Assembly: GCA_046539325.1 (NCBI GenBank)
Contig: JBKHHD010000003.1
Span: 30,024 to 94,023 of the forward strand
Direction: 5' to 3'
Source of the DNA: Candidatus Aenigmatarchaeota archaeon
Lineage (GTDB): Archaea > Aenigmatarchaeota > Aenigmatarchaeia > PWEA01
DNA: 64,000 nt
Below the pieces are notes generated by a model that worked only from the letters and a program-made list of their open reading frames with translations, was not told the origin of the DNA and ran no database searches. The position numbers and the translations under genes are program-made. This document shows, piece after piece, positions 29,648 through 39,116 of this stretch (within the stretch, counting starts at the first letter, position 1; each line of letters opens with the position of its first letter).

Positions 29648-30304
29648 CTAGCTCTTCTTTTTCTGGTAAAAATCACAGATTTTGCTGAGCAAGCACTCGC
29701 CACACAAGGGTTTTCTTGCTTTACAGATCTCCCTACCGTGTTTTATCAGATTTATGTGAAACTCCTGCTTCCTTTCTCCTGGAATCTTCTCCTCAAGAAT
29801 TTCGTGTGCCTTTTCCCTTGTACTTTTCTCAGGAATCAGTCCAAGGCGCTTAGTAACGCGAAAAACATGTGTATCAACCGGAAACGCTTCCTTTCCGAAG
29901 GTAAAGTTTAGGATAACAGCAGCGCTCTTTGGACCTATGCCAGGAAGCTCTCTCAACCACTGCTTCGCCTCCTCTACATCCATTTCATCCAGAAAGTCGA
30001 GAGTGAGCTCTCCGCGCTCCTCCTTTATCCTTTCAAGGCACTCTTTCATCCTCTTCCCTTTTGTGTTATGAAGGCCAGCCACGGAGATAACCTCTGAAAC
30101 CTCTTCGACCTCTGCTTCCATTATATCTTCAGGGTCATTGAACTTCTCAGTAAGCTTCCTGTAAGCTCTGTCTCTGTTCACGTCGTTGGTGTTCTGCGAC
30201 AGAATTACCTGTATCAAAGACTGTATAGGATCTCCTCTACCTGAAACTTGCGGAACGCCGTATTCCTCTCTCAAAAGGTTCATTACTTTGTTAAGCTTCG
30301 CCAT
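29648..30304 (-). CDS. nth: Endonuclease III (HhH-GPD, 4Fe-4S)
   Basis: ILSQNTND, LPGIGPKSA, PVDTHV and C-x6-C-x2-C-x5-C motifs. Confidence 0.92.
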   Translation of the reverse strand: MAKLNKVMNLLREEYGVPQVSGRGDPIQSLIQVILSQNTNDVNRDRAYRKLTEKFNDPEDIMEAEVEEVSEVISVAGLHNTKGKRMKECLERIKEERGELTLDFLDEMDVEEAKQWLRELPGIGPKSAAVILNFTFGKEAFPVDTHVFRVTKRLGLIPEKSTREKAHEILEEKIPGERKQEFHINLIKHGREICKARKPLCGECLLSKICDFYQKKKS

Positions 30305-30395
30305 GTTACCAAAGTTCCATTCTACAAATTTAAACTTCAACCCAGTTGCCAAGTAAACTTTTTAACTCCAGATAAAAAGAAGTCTAATGTCGAAG

Positions 30396-30480
30396 GCGGG
30401 GGTACCCAAGTGGCCGAAGGGGCAGCGTTGAGGGCGCTGTGCACGTAGGTGCTTCGTCGGTTCGAATCCGGCCCCCCGCA
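30396..30480 (+). tRNA. tRNA-Leu(GAG)
   Basis: Acceptor GCGGGGG/CCCCCGC, anticodon arm CAGCG-TTGAGGG-CGCTG, long variable arm GCAC-GTAG-GTGC. Confidence 0.95.
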
Positions 30481-30524
30481 TCAGTAACCTCTTCTAAAAC
30501 TGTAAAATAAAAGAGAATGAAGAA

Positions 30525-30668
30525 TGGTCCCCCGACCGTGATTTGAACACGGGGCCTGTCGGTATCGGCAGAGGCGCTAATCCAAGGCACCAAATCAAAA
30601 TACCGAAGAGTTATCATCTCCGGTGCCCGTCTACAGCCGACCGCTCTGCCAGCCTGAGCTATCGGGGG
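30525..30668 (-). tRNA. tRNA-Tyr(GUA) with a 67-nt intron at 37/38 (30564-30630); CCA encoded
   Basis: C1-G72 acceptor CCCCCGA/TCGGGGG, anticodon stem GTCGG/CCGAC with loop CTGTAG^A, T arm CCGTG-TTCAAAT-CACGG. Confidence 0.93.
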
Positions 30669-30748
30669 ACTGGACTTAGTTTTGTGGAATACCTTTATTT
30701 AACTTTTGGTGCCGGAAGGCTTTTATTCCTCTGTGGGAAAATAAAGGC

Positions 30749-31183
30749 ATGGAGAAAAGGTTTGAGATCATAGAGGATGAGGCAACTGCAGATATAGCCT
30801 ACAGAGCTTATGGAGAGACTCTGGAAGAGATGTACGAGAGCGCGGCCCTCGGTCTCTTCGACATAATAACCGACATCGAGGACGTAAATACACTACAAAC
30901 AGACCTGATAACAGTTTCAGCCGAGGACCGAGAAGCTCTGTTGCTGGACTTCCTAAATGAGCTCCTGTACAGATGGGACGTGGACAAGGTCCTGTTTTCG
31001 AAATTCTCCTGTGATCTTCAAACAAAGGACGGGAGTTTGGAACTCTCCGCGAACTGCGAAGGGGAGAAGTTCGACGCCGAAAGACATGAAAACAGAGTCG
31101 AGGTCAAGGCAGTCACCTACTTCGGGATGGAGATCCAAGAAGAAGAGGGAGTTTGGACCGGAAAGATAACCATCGACGTCTGA
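30749..31183 (+). CDS. Archease
   Basis: TADIAYRAYGETLEE, LLDFLNELL and EVKAVTY motifs; C-terminal IDV. Confidence 0.93.
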   Translation: MEKRFEIIEDEATADIAYRAYGETLEEMYESAALGLFDIITDIEDVNTLQTDLITVSAEDREALLLDFLNELLYRWDVDKVLFSKFSCDLQTKDGSLELSANCEGEKFDAERHENRVEVKAVTYFGMEIQEEEGVWTGKITIDV

Positions 31184-31236
31184 CTGTCGGAAGAATTTAA
31201 ATATCCCCATTCAACTAATAGTACGGGGTGGCTTAA

Positions 31237-31719
31237 TTGAAGACCTACATGACTATCTACTTTAACTCGGACGGAAAGAGACCTTCTGATGTAGTCAAAA
31301 AGCTCGAGGACCTTGGTTTCGAGCTCAACAGAGGAGACTACGATTTCATATATGACTGGGATGAAGAGACCTCTCTGGACCACATAATGAGCCTCGGTGA
31401 CAACATAAAGGAACTTCTGAAAGGAGACAAGGTTCTCTTCGAAATAAAGACAAGTGAAGGCGAAGAGGAGGAAGAAGAGGGGGAGATGAGGACCTATATG
31501 AAGCTTGTCTTCAGCGCCGAAGAAGGAAAATCTCCTACCGATACAGACGACATCATTGCTGACCTTGTCGATATAGGCTTCGAGCCCATAAAGGGAAGTT
31601 ACGATTACGTTTACAGATGGCCAGAATCCGTAGACGTCGACGCAATACTTGAAGTAGCTGACAGGGTTTACGATTCTCTCAGGGGCTGCGGCGTGTACTT
31701 CAAGCTGAAGACCGTGTAG
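31237..31719 (+). CDS. Hypothetical protein made of two tandem homologous ~75-aa domains
   Basis: MKTYM…GFE…GDYDFIYDW repeats as MRTYM…GFE…GSYDYVYRW, joined by a GEEEEEEGE linker. Confidence 0.75.
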   Translation: MKTYMTIYFNSDGKRPSDVVKKLEDLGFELNRGDYDFIYDWDEETSLDHIMSLGDNIKELLKGDKVLFEIKTSEGEEEEEEGEMRTYMKLVFSAEEGKSPTDTDDIIADLVDIGFEPIKGSYDYVYRWPESVDVDAILEVADRVYDSLRGCGVYFKLKTV

Positions 31720-31735
31720 TTCTGAAGGTGAAAGT

Positions 31736-33169
31736 ATGGTAGATCTAAATAAGATAAACAAAAACACATGGGAAATTCCCAAGGAAGATGGAATGAACGT
31801 CCCTGGAAGAGTATACGCTTCCGAGGAACTTCTTCAGCAGATAAAGGAGGATAAAACTCTCGAGCAGATAAAGAACGTTGCCCATCTTCCTGGTATTTAC
31901 AATTACTCTATAGCAATGCCTGACGCCCATCAGGGCTACGGATTCCCTATAGGAGGTGTAGCGGCCTTGGACGTGGGAGAAGGCGGAATAAGTCCTGGGG
32001 GTGTCGGCTACGATATCAACTGCGGCATTCGCCTGGTAAAAACTCCGCTGAAGGTTGATGATGTAAGAAATAGGCTCAAGGAACTCATAAACGTACTTTT
32101 CCAAAGAGTTCCTTCGGGCGTCGGAAAGAGTTCTACAATTTCTCTTGACAAGAACGACCTCGAAGACGTTATAGAAAACGGTGCAAAATGGGCCGTTGAA
32201 AACGGATACGGCATTAAAGAAGACCTGAAAAATCTGGAAGAGAACGGGAGGATGAAAGAAGCTGATGCCTCCGAGGTCTCGGATAAGGCTATGAACCGTG
32301 GAAAGGAACAGGTAGGATGTCTTGGCGCAGGAAACCATTTTCTTGAGGTGGAGAAGGTAGGAAATATAGATAATGAAAAAGTTGCGAAGGAGTTTGGCAT
32401 GGAAGAAGATCAGGTGTGTGTCATGATCCACACCGGTTCAAGAGGTTTCGGCCACCAGGTCTGCACAGATTATCTTCGCGAAACCGAAAAGAAGTACAAG
32501 AACGTAGTTCGTAATCTCCCCGACAAAGAGCTTGTATACGCTCCAGGGGGTTCAAGGATGGCGGAGAGGTACTTCAAGGCGATGAGCTGTGCCGTGAACT
32601 TCGCCTTCGCAAACAGACAGGTAATAATGCATCAGGTAAGGAAAGCCTTCCAGGAAGTCTTCGAACTGGATTACGAGGATCTGGAGCTTGTGTACGGCGT
32701 CTGCCACAACGTCGCCAAAAAGGAAGAGCATGAAGTAAACGGAGAAAGTAAAGAAGTATACGTACATAGAAAGGGCGCGACCCGTGCCTTCCCACCAGGT
32801 CACAAAAAGGTGCCGGAAAACTACAGGAACGTAGGACAACCCGTTCTCATCCCCGGGAATATGGGTGAAGGAAGCTATCTGCTCCGAGGAACTGAAAAAT
32901 CTATGGACCTGTCCTTTGGAACTGCACCACACGGCTCAGGAAGGATCATGTCCCGAACAAAGGCAAAGGGAGAGTTCTGGGGCGAAACCGTGGCCAAAGA
33001 TCTGAAGAAGAAAAAGGACATACTAGTCAAGGCGGCATCAATGCCTGTCGTCGCCGAGGAAGCTCCAGGAGCATACAAGAACCTCAAGGAGGTCGTAGAA
33101 GCTTCACATGATTTAGGCGTGGCAGAGAAGGTTTTGAAACTGGATCCTATGGGTGTCATAAAGGGCTGA
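31736..33169 (+). CDS. rtcB: tRNA-splicing ligase RtcB
   Basis: MPDAHQGYGFPIGG, GYDINCG, GNHFLE, HTGSRG, HRKGAT, HGSGR and EEAPGAYK motifs. Confidence 0.97.
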   Translation: MVDLNKINKNTWEIPKEDGMNVPGRVYASEELLQQIKEDKTLEQIKNVAHLPGIYNYSIAMPDAHQGYGFPIGGVAALDVGEGGISPGGVGYDINCGIRLVKTPLKVDDVRNRLKELINVLFQRVPSGVGKSSTISLDKNDLEDVIENGAKWAVENGYGIKEDLKNLEENGRMKEADASEVSDKAMNRGKEQVGCLGAGNHFLEVEKVGNIDNEKVAKEFGMEEDQVCVMIHTGSRGFGHQVCTDYLRETEKKYKNVVRNLPDKELVYAPGGSRMAERYFKAMSCAVNFAFANRQVIMHQVRKAFQEVFELDYEDLELVYGVCHNVAKKEEHEVNGESKEVYVHRKGATRAFPPGHKKVPENYRNVGQPVLIPGNMGEGSYLLRGTEKSMDLSFGTAPHGSGRIMSRTKAKGEFWGETVAKDLKKKKDILVKAASMPVVAEEAPGAYKNLKEVVEASHDLGVAEKVLKLDPMGVIKG

Positions 33170-33225
33170 ACACAAAAGGTTTTAAAGTTCTAACCTACTA
33201 ATCTTTATAATAGTTTCAGATAAAT

Positions 33226-33900
33226 ATGAGCATAGAAAGAATCGAGACAGGTATTTCTGGCCTCGATGAACTTCTGAAGGGTGGGATACCAGAGAAAAAT
33301 ATCGTTCTAGTCAGTGGTGAATCAGGAGCCGGTAAAACTACTTTCTGTTCACAGTTTTTATGGAAAGGTCTTCAAGAAGGAGAAAACTGTATGTTCATAT
33401 CCTTTGAAGAACCACCCTCACAGATAAAGGAGGAGGCAAAGCTATTTGGCTGGGATTTCGAAAGTTATAGTAATCAAATTACTCTCAAAAGCAAGGACCC
33501 ATTTGACGAAGGAAGTGAAGACCTCTTCTGGTTCAGAGACGAGCTGCAGAGAAAGGAAATTGACAGGCTCGCAATAGACTCCACATCCATACTTTCTCTA
33601 TACCACGAAGACCCCTACGAGGTAAGAAAAGCCATATACGAAATAATCAAGGTTATAAAGGAAACAGGTACTACAGCTGTCCTGACTGCCGAATCACCGA
33701 CCGGTGAAAAAAGTCTTACAAGGCACGATGTAGTTCAATACGCTGTAGACGGCGTTATAGCCCTTTATTTCGAAGGAATAGGTGAGAAAGGTTATAGATC
33801 CCTTCAGGTCAGAAAGATGAGAAAGAGCGATATTTCAACCGAGACAGTCTCTTTTGAAATAACAGACCAAGGCATCGAACTCGGACAGTCAATAGTCTGA
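33226..33900 (+). CDS. KaiC/RAD55-family ATPase
   Basis: TGISGLD, GESGAGKT, SFEE, IDS, DGVI and RKMR motifs. Confidence 0.9.
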   Translation: MSIERIETGISGLDELLKGGIPEKNIVLVSGESGAGKTTFCSQFLWKGLQEGENCMFISFEEPPSQIKEEAKLFGWDFESYSNQITLKSKDPFDEGSEDLFWFRDELQRKEIDRLAIDSTSILSLYHEDPYEVRKAIYEIIKVIKETGTTAVLTAESPTGEKSLTRHDVVQYAVDGVIALYFEGIGEKGYRSLQVRKMRKSDISTETVSFEITDQGIELGQSIV

Positions 33901-33908
33901 AGTTAAAC

Positions 33909-34628
33909 CTACCTATCCTCTGTGATTAATAGCCCTTCATTTGTTATTTCTATAGGAAATATCTCTATAGCGTGATCGGTTCTGCGCATCTTCCTTATTT
34001 CAAGTGTTCTGTTGTACCTGTCAGAAATAGGTGTAAACTCCAGCTTTATCACGCTATCTACGAGGTACTCGACTATTCCCCCACCGGTCAACCCCTCGGA
34101 AGTTTCCGGTATAGTACCGACCAGAAGTGCAGTAACTTCCATTTCTTTGAGCTTCTTTATGAGCGATGATATAACAACCCTGGCCATATACTCGTCCTTT
34201 ACGAACATCTCTATGAGAGAGACGGAATCTATAACAACTCTCTGAGCATCTACCTCCTTTATATTTTTCTCGAGATTTTCCATGAAGTCGGAGATATAGC
34301 CCCGAACAAGTCTGTTGAGGTTGTCTATATCGACTGTCGGAAAAACAGGTTTTACGGAATCTATGCGCAAAAGGCCTTGATCTCCTGAGTAATCCATGAG
34401 ATTCCAATCGAACATCTCCTTTACGTCTTCAACTACATCTTCTTCGTTCTCCTCGGTAGTAATATAAACTCCAGCCTCGCCGTTCTGGATGCCAGCATAT
34501 ATAAAGGAAGCTGAGAAGGCCGTCTTACCTGTTCCTGTCTTTCCTGTAACAAGGTTTACTGATCCCTCAAAAAAACCTCCTCCAACCTTTTCGTCAAGAT
34601 TTTCAACGCCAGTATCTAGTCTCTTCAT
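33909..34628 (-). CDS. KaiC/RAD55-family ATPase
   Basis: TGVENLD, GKTGTGKT, TTEE, VIDS and IRKMRRT motifs. Confidence 0.9.
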   Translation of the reverse strand: MKRLDTGVENLDEKVGGGFFEGSVNLVTGKTGTGKTAFSASFIYAGIQNGEAGVYITTEENEEDVVEDVKEMFDWNLMDYSGDQGLLRIDSVKPVFPTVDIDNLNRLVRGYISDFMENLEKNIKEVDAQRVVIDSVSLIEMFVKDEYMARVVISSLIKKLKEMEVTALLVGTIPETSEGLTGGGIVEYLVDSVIKLEFTPISDRYNRTLEIRKMRRTDHAIEIFPIEITNEGLLITEDR

Positions 34629-34746
34629 CTTACCTTGATAATTAAGTTCCCTTACTTTTATCTCTTTCCTTAGAACAAGGCTCAAAATATTGCTTTAGGA
34701 CCGTAATACTTTTTAAAGGTGGCATGTCAATTGTTGAATTGATACC

Positions 34747-35193
34747 ATGTTCGGAAAGAAGAAAGGACAGGCCGCAATGGAGTACCTGATGACCTACGGC
34801 TGGGCTATCCTAGCTGTAGTAATCGTAGGCGGTGTCCTCTACTACTATGGAGTTTTCGAACCTGATCTACCAAATCAGGGATGTCCGAACGAACCAGTTG
34901 CAGTAGAATCAAACGCATGGGAAGTAGACACAGGTGAACCTGCAAGCTTGAGATTATCACCGAGAAACGTTGCCGATGAAGATATTGTGATAACTCAAGC
35001 AGAAGTTGATGGTTCAGAATGGGAAGGTGAGGTTGCATTGAGCAGGAATGAGCAGTCCGAGGATGCTATAGAGATCACAGATGTAGGCAACATAAGTTCA
35101 GGTGATCAAGTAGATTTCGACGTTACATTCACCTACAATGGAACAACGATGGGCAACCGGGACTCAGCATGCAACCTCGTCGGTCAAGCCTAG
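34747..35193 (+). CDS. Type IV pilin (candidate major pilin)
   Basis: Class III signal KKG^QAAMEYLMTYGWAILAVVIV; own TATA box; divergent from a KaiC gene. Confidence 0.88.
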   Translation: MFGKKKGQAAMEYLMTYGWAILAVVIVGGVLYYYGVFEPDLPNQGCPNEPVAVESNAWEVDTGEPASLRLSPRNVADEDIVITQAEVDGSEWEGEVALSRNEQSEDAIEITDVGNISSGDQVDFDVTFTYNGTTMGNRDSACNLVGQA

Positions 35194-35326
35194 AGGACAT
35201 CTACTAAGATGAACTAACTCCACACGGCCGATAGTTACTCCGGCCTGTAAAACCCCCACCATTTACAGAGGAGCAATCCTCCTTTTTTCTTATTTATTTT
35301 TCTTCTCATCTTCTCTTTACCATGCT

Positions 35327-36313
35327 TCAAAGACCTACGAACCCTCCGAAGACCCTTGTTACGAGAATATTAGCCACGAAAAAGACCGCAAGACCTGCAG
35401 CCAGCATAAAGGGCGAGTACTTCAGTCCACTGGTTGAATTACCTTCCTGTATCATCCCTATTATCATCCCACCGAAGAAAGTAGTCACGGATATAGCACC
35501 TATAGAGAAAAACTTAAGTGTCGAAGGGTCTATATCAGGTCCCTCCATCGATAACATAGCACCGCCCATGTCACCGAGCCCCTCGGTAGCAACCATTTCC
35601 TCGACCCAGAGACTTGAAGTGACCTCTATAAAGTAAACGGATAGAGCGAAAAGCAGCGGAGCACCTATGACCGATGCAAAGACTATAAACATGGAATACA
35701 TGGTTACGTTGGCCTTAACCTTTTTCTTCATGTTCTGTGCGGTCCTTATGTCTCCTGCTGTCTCGTCGAGAAGTGTAGCCATTTCTCCACCAGACCTTAT
35801 CCCCTCAGTCATCAATTTGACGGCTCTATCAAGAAGCTCGGAATCGATGCGGTCAGACATCTCTTTAAGCGATTTGGAAAGCGGCTTTCCACCCATTACT
35901 TTCGAGGAAACTCTGTGAATTTCATCCTGAAGCGGACCAAATTCCGGTCTCGCCGAAAGCCATATCGCTCTTTCAGTAGTCATTCCTGCCCTTATGTTGG
36001 CAGCCATCAGCTGCAGGGCATCAGGCAGGATTTCATCGACCTCGCTGGCCCGTCTGTTTGAAACCATACTGAAGTATCCGAAGGGCAAGAAATGTAAAAC
36101 AACGATTACGGACAAAAATGAACCCAGAGCGTAGAGAAGGTCGAGGGTAACCACGAAAACAGAAATGGAGGTTCCTGCTGCAAGTGTGAGACTGAAGAGA
36201 AGGAGAAATCCAAGGAAACGGTTGACAGGAGTCCCGTGGTATCCAGCATACTTGGAGAGCTCTTTGAACTTCTCCTTCCAAGGTAGCTTTCTTCCCAACA
36301 TCTCATAGATCAT
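35327..36313 (-). CDS. Type IV pilus/T2SS F-family membrane platform protein (TadC-like)
   Basis: LPDALQLMAANIRAGM, EFGPLQDEI and RSGGEMATLL motifs; several TM helices. Confidence 0.92.
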   Translation of the reverse strand: MIYEMLGRKLPWKEKFKELSKYAGYHGTPVNRFLGFLLLFSLTLAAGTSISVFVVTLDLLYALGSFLSVIVVLHFLPFGYFSMVSNRRASEVDEILPDALQLMAANIRAGMTTERAIWLSARPEFGPLQDEIHRVSSKVMGGKPLSKSLKEMSDRIDSELLDRAVKLMTEGIRSGGEMATLLDETAGDIRTAQNMKKKVKANVTMYSMFIVFASVIGAPLLFALSVYFIEVTSSLWVEEMVATEGLGDMGGAMLSMEGPDIDPSTLKFFSIGAISVTTFFGGMIIGMIQEGNSTSGLKYSPFMLAAGLAVFFVANILVTRVFGGFVGL

Positions 36314-36321
36314 TCAATCAC

Positions 36322-37209
36322 CTAAAAACTGACCGAAGGTCTTTTACTTTTAACGAAACCCATGAAGAAGAACTGGAACATTGCCAGTCCAAAAATTATC
36401 AAGGGAAAAATCATTCCGGGGATATTCATTCCCGTTAGACTCGTCAGTATTATCAAAAAGGTTATGCCTATAGAAGGCAGTATAACAGCGATAATCATGT
36501 AGAACATGGTCCATGGATTCAATTCCTCTCCGTAGCGGTTTATCTTGTTGATCTGCCTATCAGCGAAGTTATCGGTTATCGCTTCCAGGGCCTTGGACAC
36601 ATCACTACCGCCCTGAAGAGCGTTGACGACCTGCCAGAGAGCTCTACGGAAGTAGAGTGAAGGGCTTCGTTTAGCTGCCTCGTTCAGGACGTCCTCTTGA
36701 TCCCTTCCTGAGTTGACCTCTTCAACTATCTTCCTGAACTCCTCGCTTACGGTTCCGTAACCATTAGAGACGCCAACCATAGCATCAAACAAAGGAACTC
36801 CGGCTCTGACCTCTATCAGGAGATGTCTCAGAGCAAACAGCAGGTTCTTCTCAAGATCCTTCACCCTTCTTTTTGCAATAAGTGCCGGAAAGAAGTTCAC
36901 GTACCAGAAGGGAACGAAAAAGAAGATCACGAAGAGCAGAGGTGGAAGTATACCTATGGATCCTGTGGCCACTAAGGATATAAACGCGACCAGACCTCCC
37001 ATCATAAACGCATAGAAGAGACCGGTGAAAACTGCAAGGCTTACATGTAGAACAGGATCGATGTCCATCTCTGCTTGGTATAGGCTTTTCTTTAGATGTG
37101 GAACCGAAGGAGCGAGTTTCTCGCCAATGAACCTGAGCTTTCTCGAGGCCGAAAGGGCCTTCTCCATGGGAAAAGGAACTATAGGAATGGATCTATGTTC
37201 CTCAGTCAC
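36322..37209 (-). CDS. Type IV pilus/T2SS F-family membrane platform protein (TadB-like)
   Basis: LLFALRHL…AGVPLFDAM…YGTVSEEF motif; TM helices. Confidence 0.9.
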   Translation of the reverse strand: MTEEHRSIPIVPFPMEKALSASRKLRFIGEKLAPSVPHLKKSLYQAEMDIDPVLHVSLAVFTGLFYAFMMGGLVAFISLVATGSIGILPPLLFVIFFFVPFWYVNFFPALIAKRRVKDLEKNLLFALRHLLIEVRAGVPLFDAMVGVSNGYGTVSEEFRKIVEEVNSGRDQEDVLNEAAKRSPSLYFRRALWQVVNALQGGSDVSKALEAITDNFADRQINKINRYGEELNPWTMFYMIIAVILPSIGITFLIILTSLTGMNIPGMIFPLIIFGLAMFQFFFMGFVKSKRPSVSF

Positions 37210-38776
37210 GTAACCCCCTTTTCTTCATCTCCTTTATAACGTCTTCTGTGAGAAGTTTATCGGGACCTGCGTTGTCTCTTACAAGGTCAAGTACCTTTCC
37301 CTTGTTATTGTAATACTCTGCAACTATCTTTCCCACGGAATTCGTAGTCTTTAGGTCGTTCTCAAGAAACCACTCTAAAACCTTCTCCTTCTCCCTGAGG
37401 TTTTCCTGTATTTCCTTCTCAGACATAGATGTATGGTCCTTTATTTCACCTATGAGCCTCTCAGACTCCCTTACCTTTTCGAATGTATCGGTATCAGGTT
37501 TCCATCTATACAAGGTTCTAACGTTAAGATCGACGCCCTCGCCTTTCCTCTTGCTCTTTGGGACTAGTTCGGCAAGCTCTCTTGTCCTCCTTATCCCCGT
37601 TCTTCTGTCCCTGTACTGTACACACGTCAGGTGCAGGGATTCGAGCATAGTCTTAGGTATATTTATCGGTGGATTGGCCATCCTCCTCTTAACCTCCTGA
37701 GCTGTGTTTGCATGGAGCGTGGCGTAAACCGAATGTCCCGTGAGCATAGCTTCGAAAAGCACCTCCGCCTGTTTCTTTTCCCTTATCTCACCGACCATTA
37801 TCCTGTCGGGTCTCATTCTCAGAGAATTGACCATGAGATCAAGCATACTGACCTCTCCCTTCCCTTCAGGATTTGCTTCCCTGGTCGTCATAGGAACCCA
37901 GTGAAGGTACTGAGGCAGATTTAGCTCTCTTGTGTCCTCAATAGTTACTATTCTCTGGTTAGGAGGTATAAAAGGCGTCAGTGTATTAAGGAGCGCCGTC
38001 TTTCCTGAAGCTGTTCCACCCGCTATCAACATGTTCATCTCGTACTGTATCGACAGCCACATCAGAGCAGCGAGCTCCTTGGACAGGGTCCCAAGCTCGG
38101 GATCTATGAAATGTGTTACAGTCCAAGGATTCCTGGCAAACTTTCTTATAGTAATGGTATTTCCCTGTGTGGAGATGGGAAACAGTGTTGCATTAACCCT
38201 GTCCCCACTGGGAAGATGTGCATCGAGGAGCGGCTGGAGATTGGTGATCTGCTTTCCAACCCGTCTACCTATGACTGAGGAGTAGTTGTATATCTTCCCC
38301 TCGGAGCCAATGCTTATATCGGTCTTCAGCCAGCCGAACTCCTTGTGGTAAACCCAGACAGGTTCATCCGATGAGTTTACCACGAGCTCCTCGAGATCAT
38401 CGTCCCTTAGAAGTATCTCAAGCCTTCCGAGACCGTACATTTCGTGGGTTAGCCGTCCGGCCAGTACCTCTATTCTCTCCTCGCTGAGCTTCGGGAAGAA
38501 GTTTCCCACGACCTCCTTCGAAGTCTCAAGGAACTCGTTCTTTATCTTCTCCATGGACTTTGGATCAAGTATCTCCCTTTCCTCTATATCAAGACTTCTG
38601 GTAATTTCCTCCTTGACATCGTCCAGAACAGTTTTCGTCGCTTCTTCAAACTCAGGATAGTCAACAAAGTATCTCGGAACGTGATCTTCCGATCTCTCAA
38701 GAACTGTTATATCGGTTTCAACTTTGTCTGCCTCAACTGTATATTCAGCCTTTATATCTTCTGGAATATCAATCAC
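37202..38776 (-). CDS. Type IV pilus assembly ATPase (VirB11/CpaF-like)
   Basis: GGTASGKT, IEDTREL, LRMRPDRIMVGEIR and TGHSVYATLHA motifs. Confidence 0.96.
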   Translation of the reverse strand: MIDIPEDIKAEYTVEADKVETDITVLERSEDHVPRYFVDYPEFEEATKTVLDDVKEEITRSLDIEEREILDPKSMEKIKNEFLETSKEVVGNFFPKLSEERIEVLAGRLTHEMYGLGRLEILLRDDDLEELVVNSSDEPVWVYHKEFGWLKTDISIGSEGKIYNYSSVIGRRVGKQITNLQPLLDAHLPSGDRVNATLFPISTQGNTITIRKFARNPWTVTHFIDPELGTLSKELAALMWLSIQYEMNMLIAGGTASGKTALLNTLTPFIPPNQRIVTIEDTRELNLPQYLHWVPMTTREANPEGKGEVSMLDLMVNSLRMRPDRIMVGEIREKKQAEVLFEAMLTGHSVYATLHANTAQEVKRRMANPPINIPKTMLESLHLTCVQYRDRRTGIRRTRELAELVPKSKRKGEGVDLNVRTLYRWKPDTDTFEKVRESERLIGEIKDHTSMSEKEIQENLREKEKVLEWFLENDLKTTNSVGKIVAEYYNNKGKVLDLVRDNAGPDKLLTEDVIKEMKKRGLRD

Positions 38777-39116
38777 CGTCTCCGTGTTTCATACCTTCAT
38801 GGATGTTAAGGCCATGTTCCGTGTCAAAACTTTTTCCGCACTCATCACAGACGTGCTCTCCTTTTTTACCCTCCTTGACCTTTTCCTTTGCCTTGTCTTT
38901 ACCCGACTTCTCCAGTATTTCAACCTTCATTCCGGTTATACTGTAATCTATCTCCACGACACCATGCTCTTCAAGAGCCTTCAGCCACTCTTCGACCACT
39001 TCCTCGGGATACCCAAACATCTCCGAAAGCTCCTTGAGGTCGGAACTGTTCTCCTCATGAAGGTAGTCTACTATCTCGTCTATACCGGTTTCGATTATCT
39101 TCATATCAACTACCAC
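38769..39116 (-). CDS. wHTH-like protein with a C-terminal C2H2 zinc finger
   Basis: IETGIDEIV…LSEMFGYPEEVVEEWLKALEEHG, then CDECGKSFDTEHGLNIHEGMKH. Confidence 0.75.
   Translation of the reverse strand: MVVDMKIIETGIDEIVDYLHEENSSDLKELSEMFGYPEEVVEEWLKALEEHGVVEIDYSITGMKVEILEKSGKDKAKEKVKEGKKGEHVCDECGKSFDTEHGLNIHEGMKHGDGD

Noticed and set aside
33226-38776. Archaellum operon or circadian clock
   Set aside because: No archaellin, ArlF/G, KaiA or KaiB; two TadB/C genes and multiple minor pilins indicate a type IV pilus.
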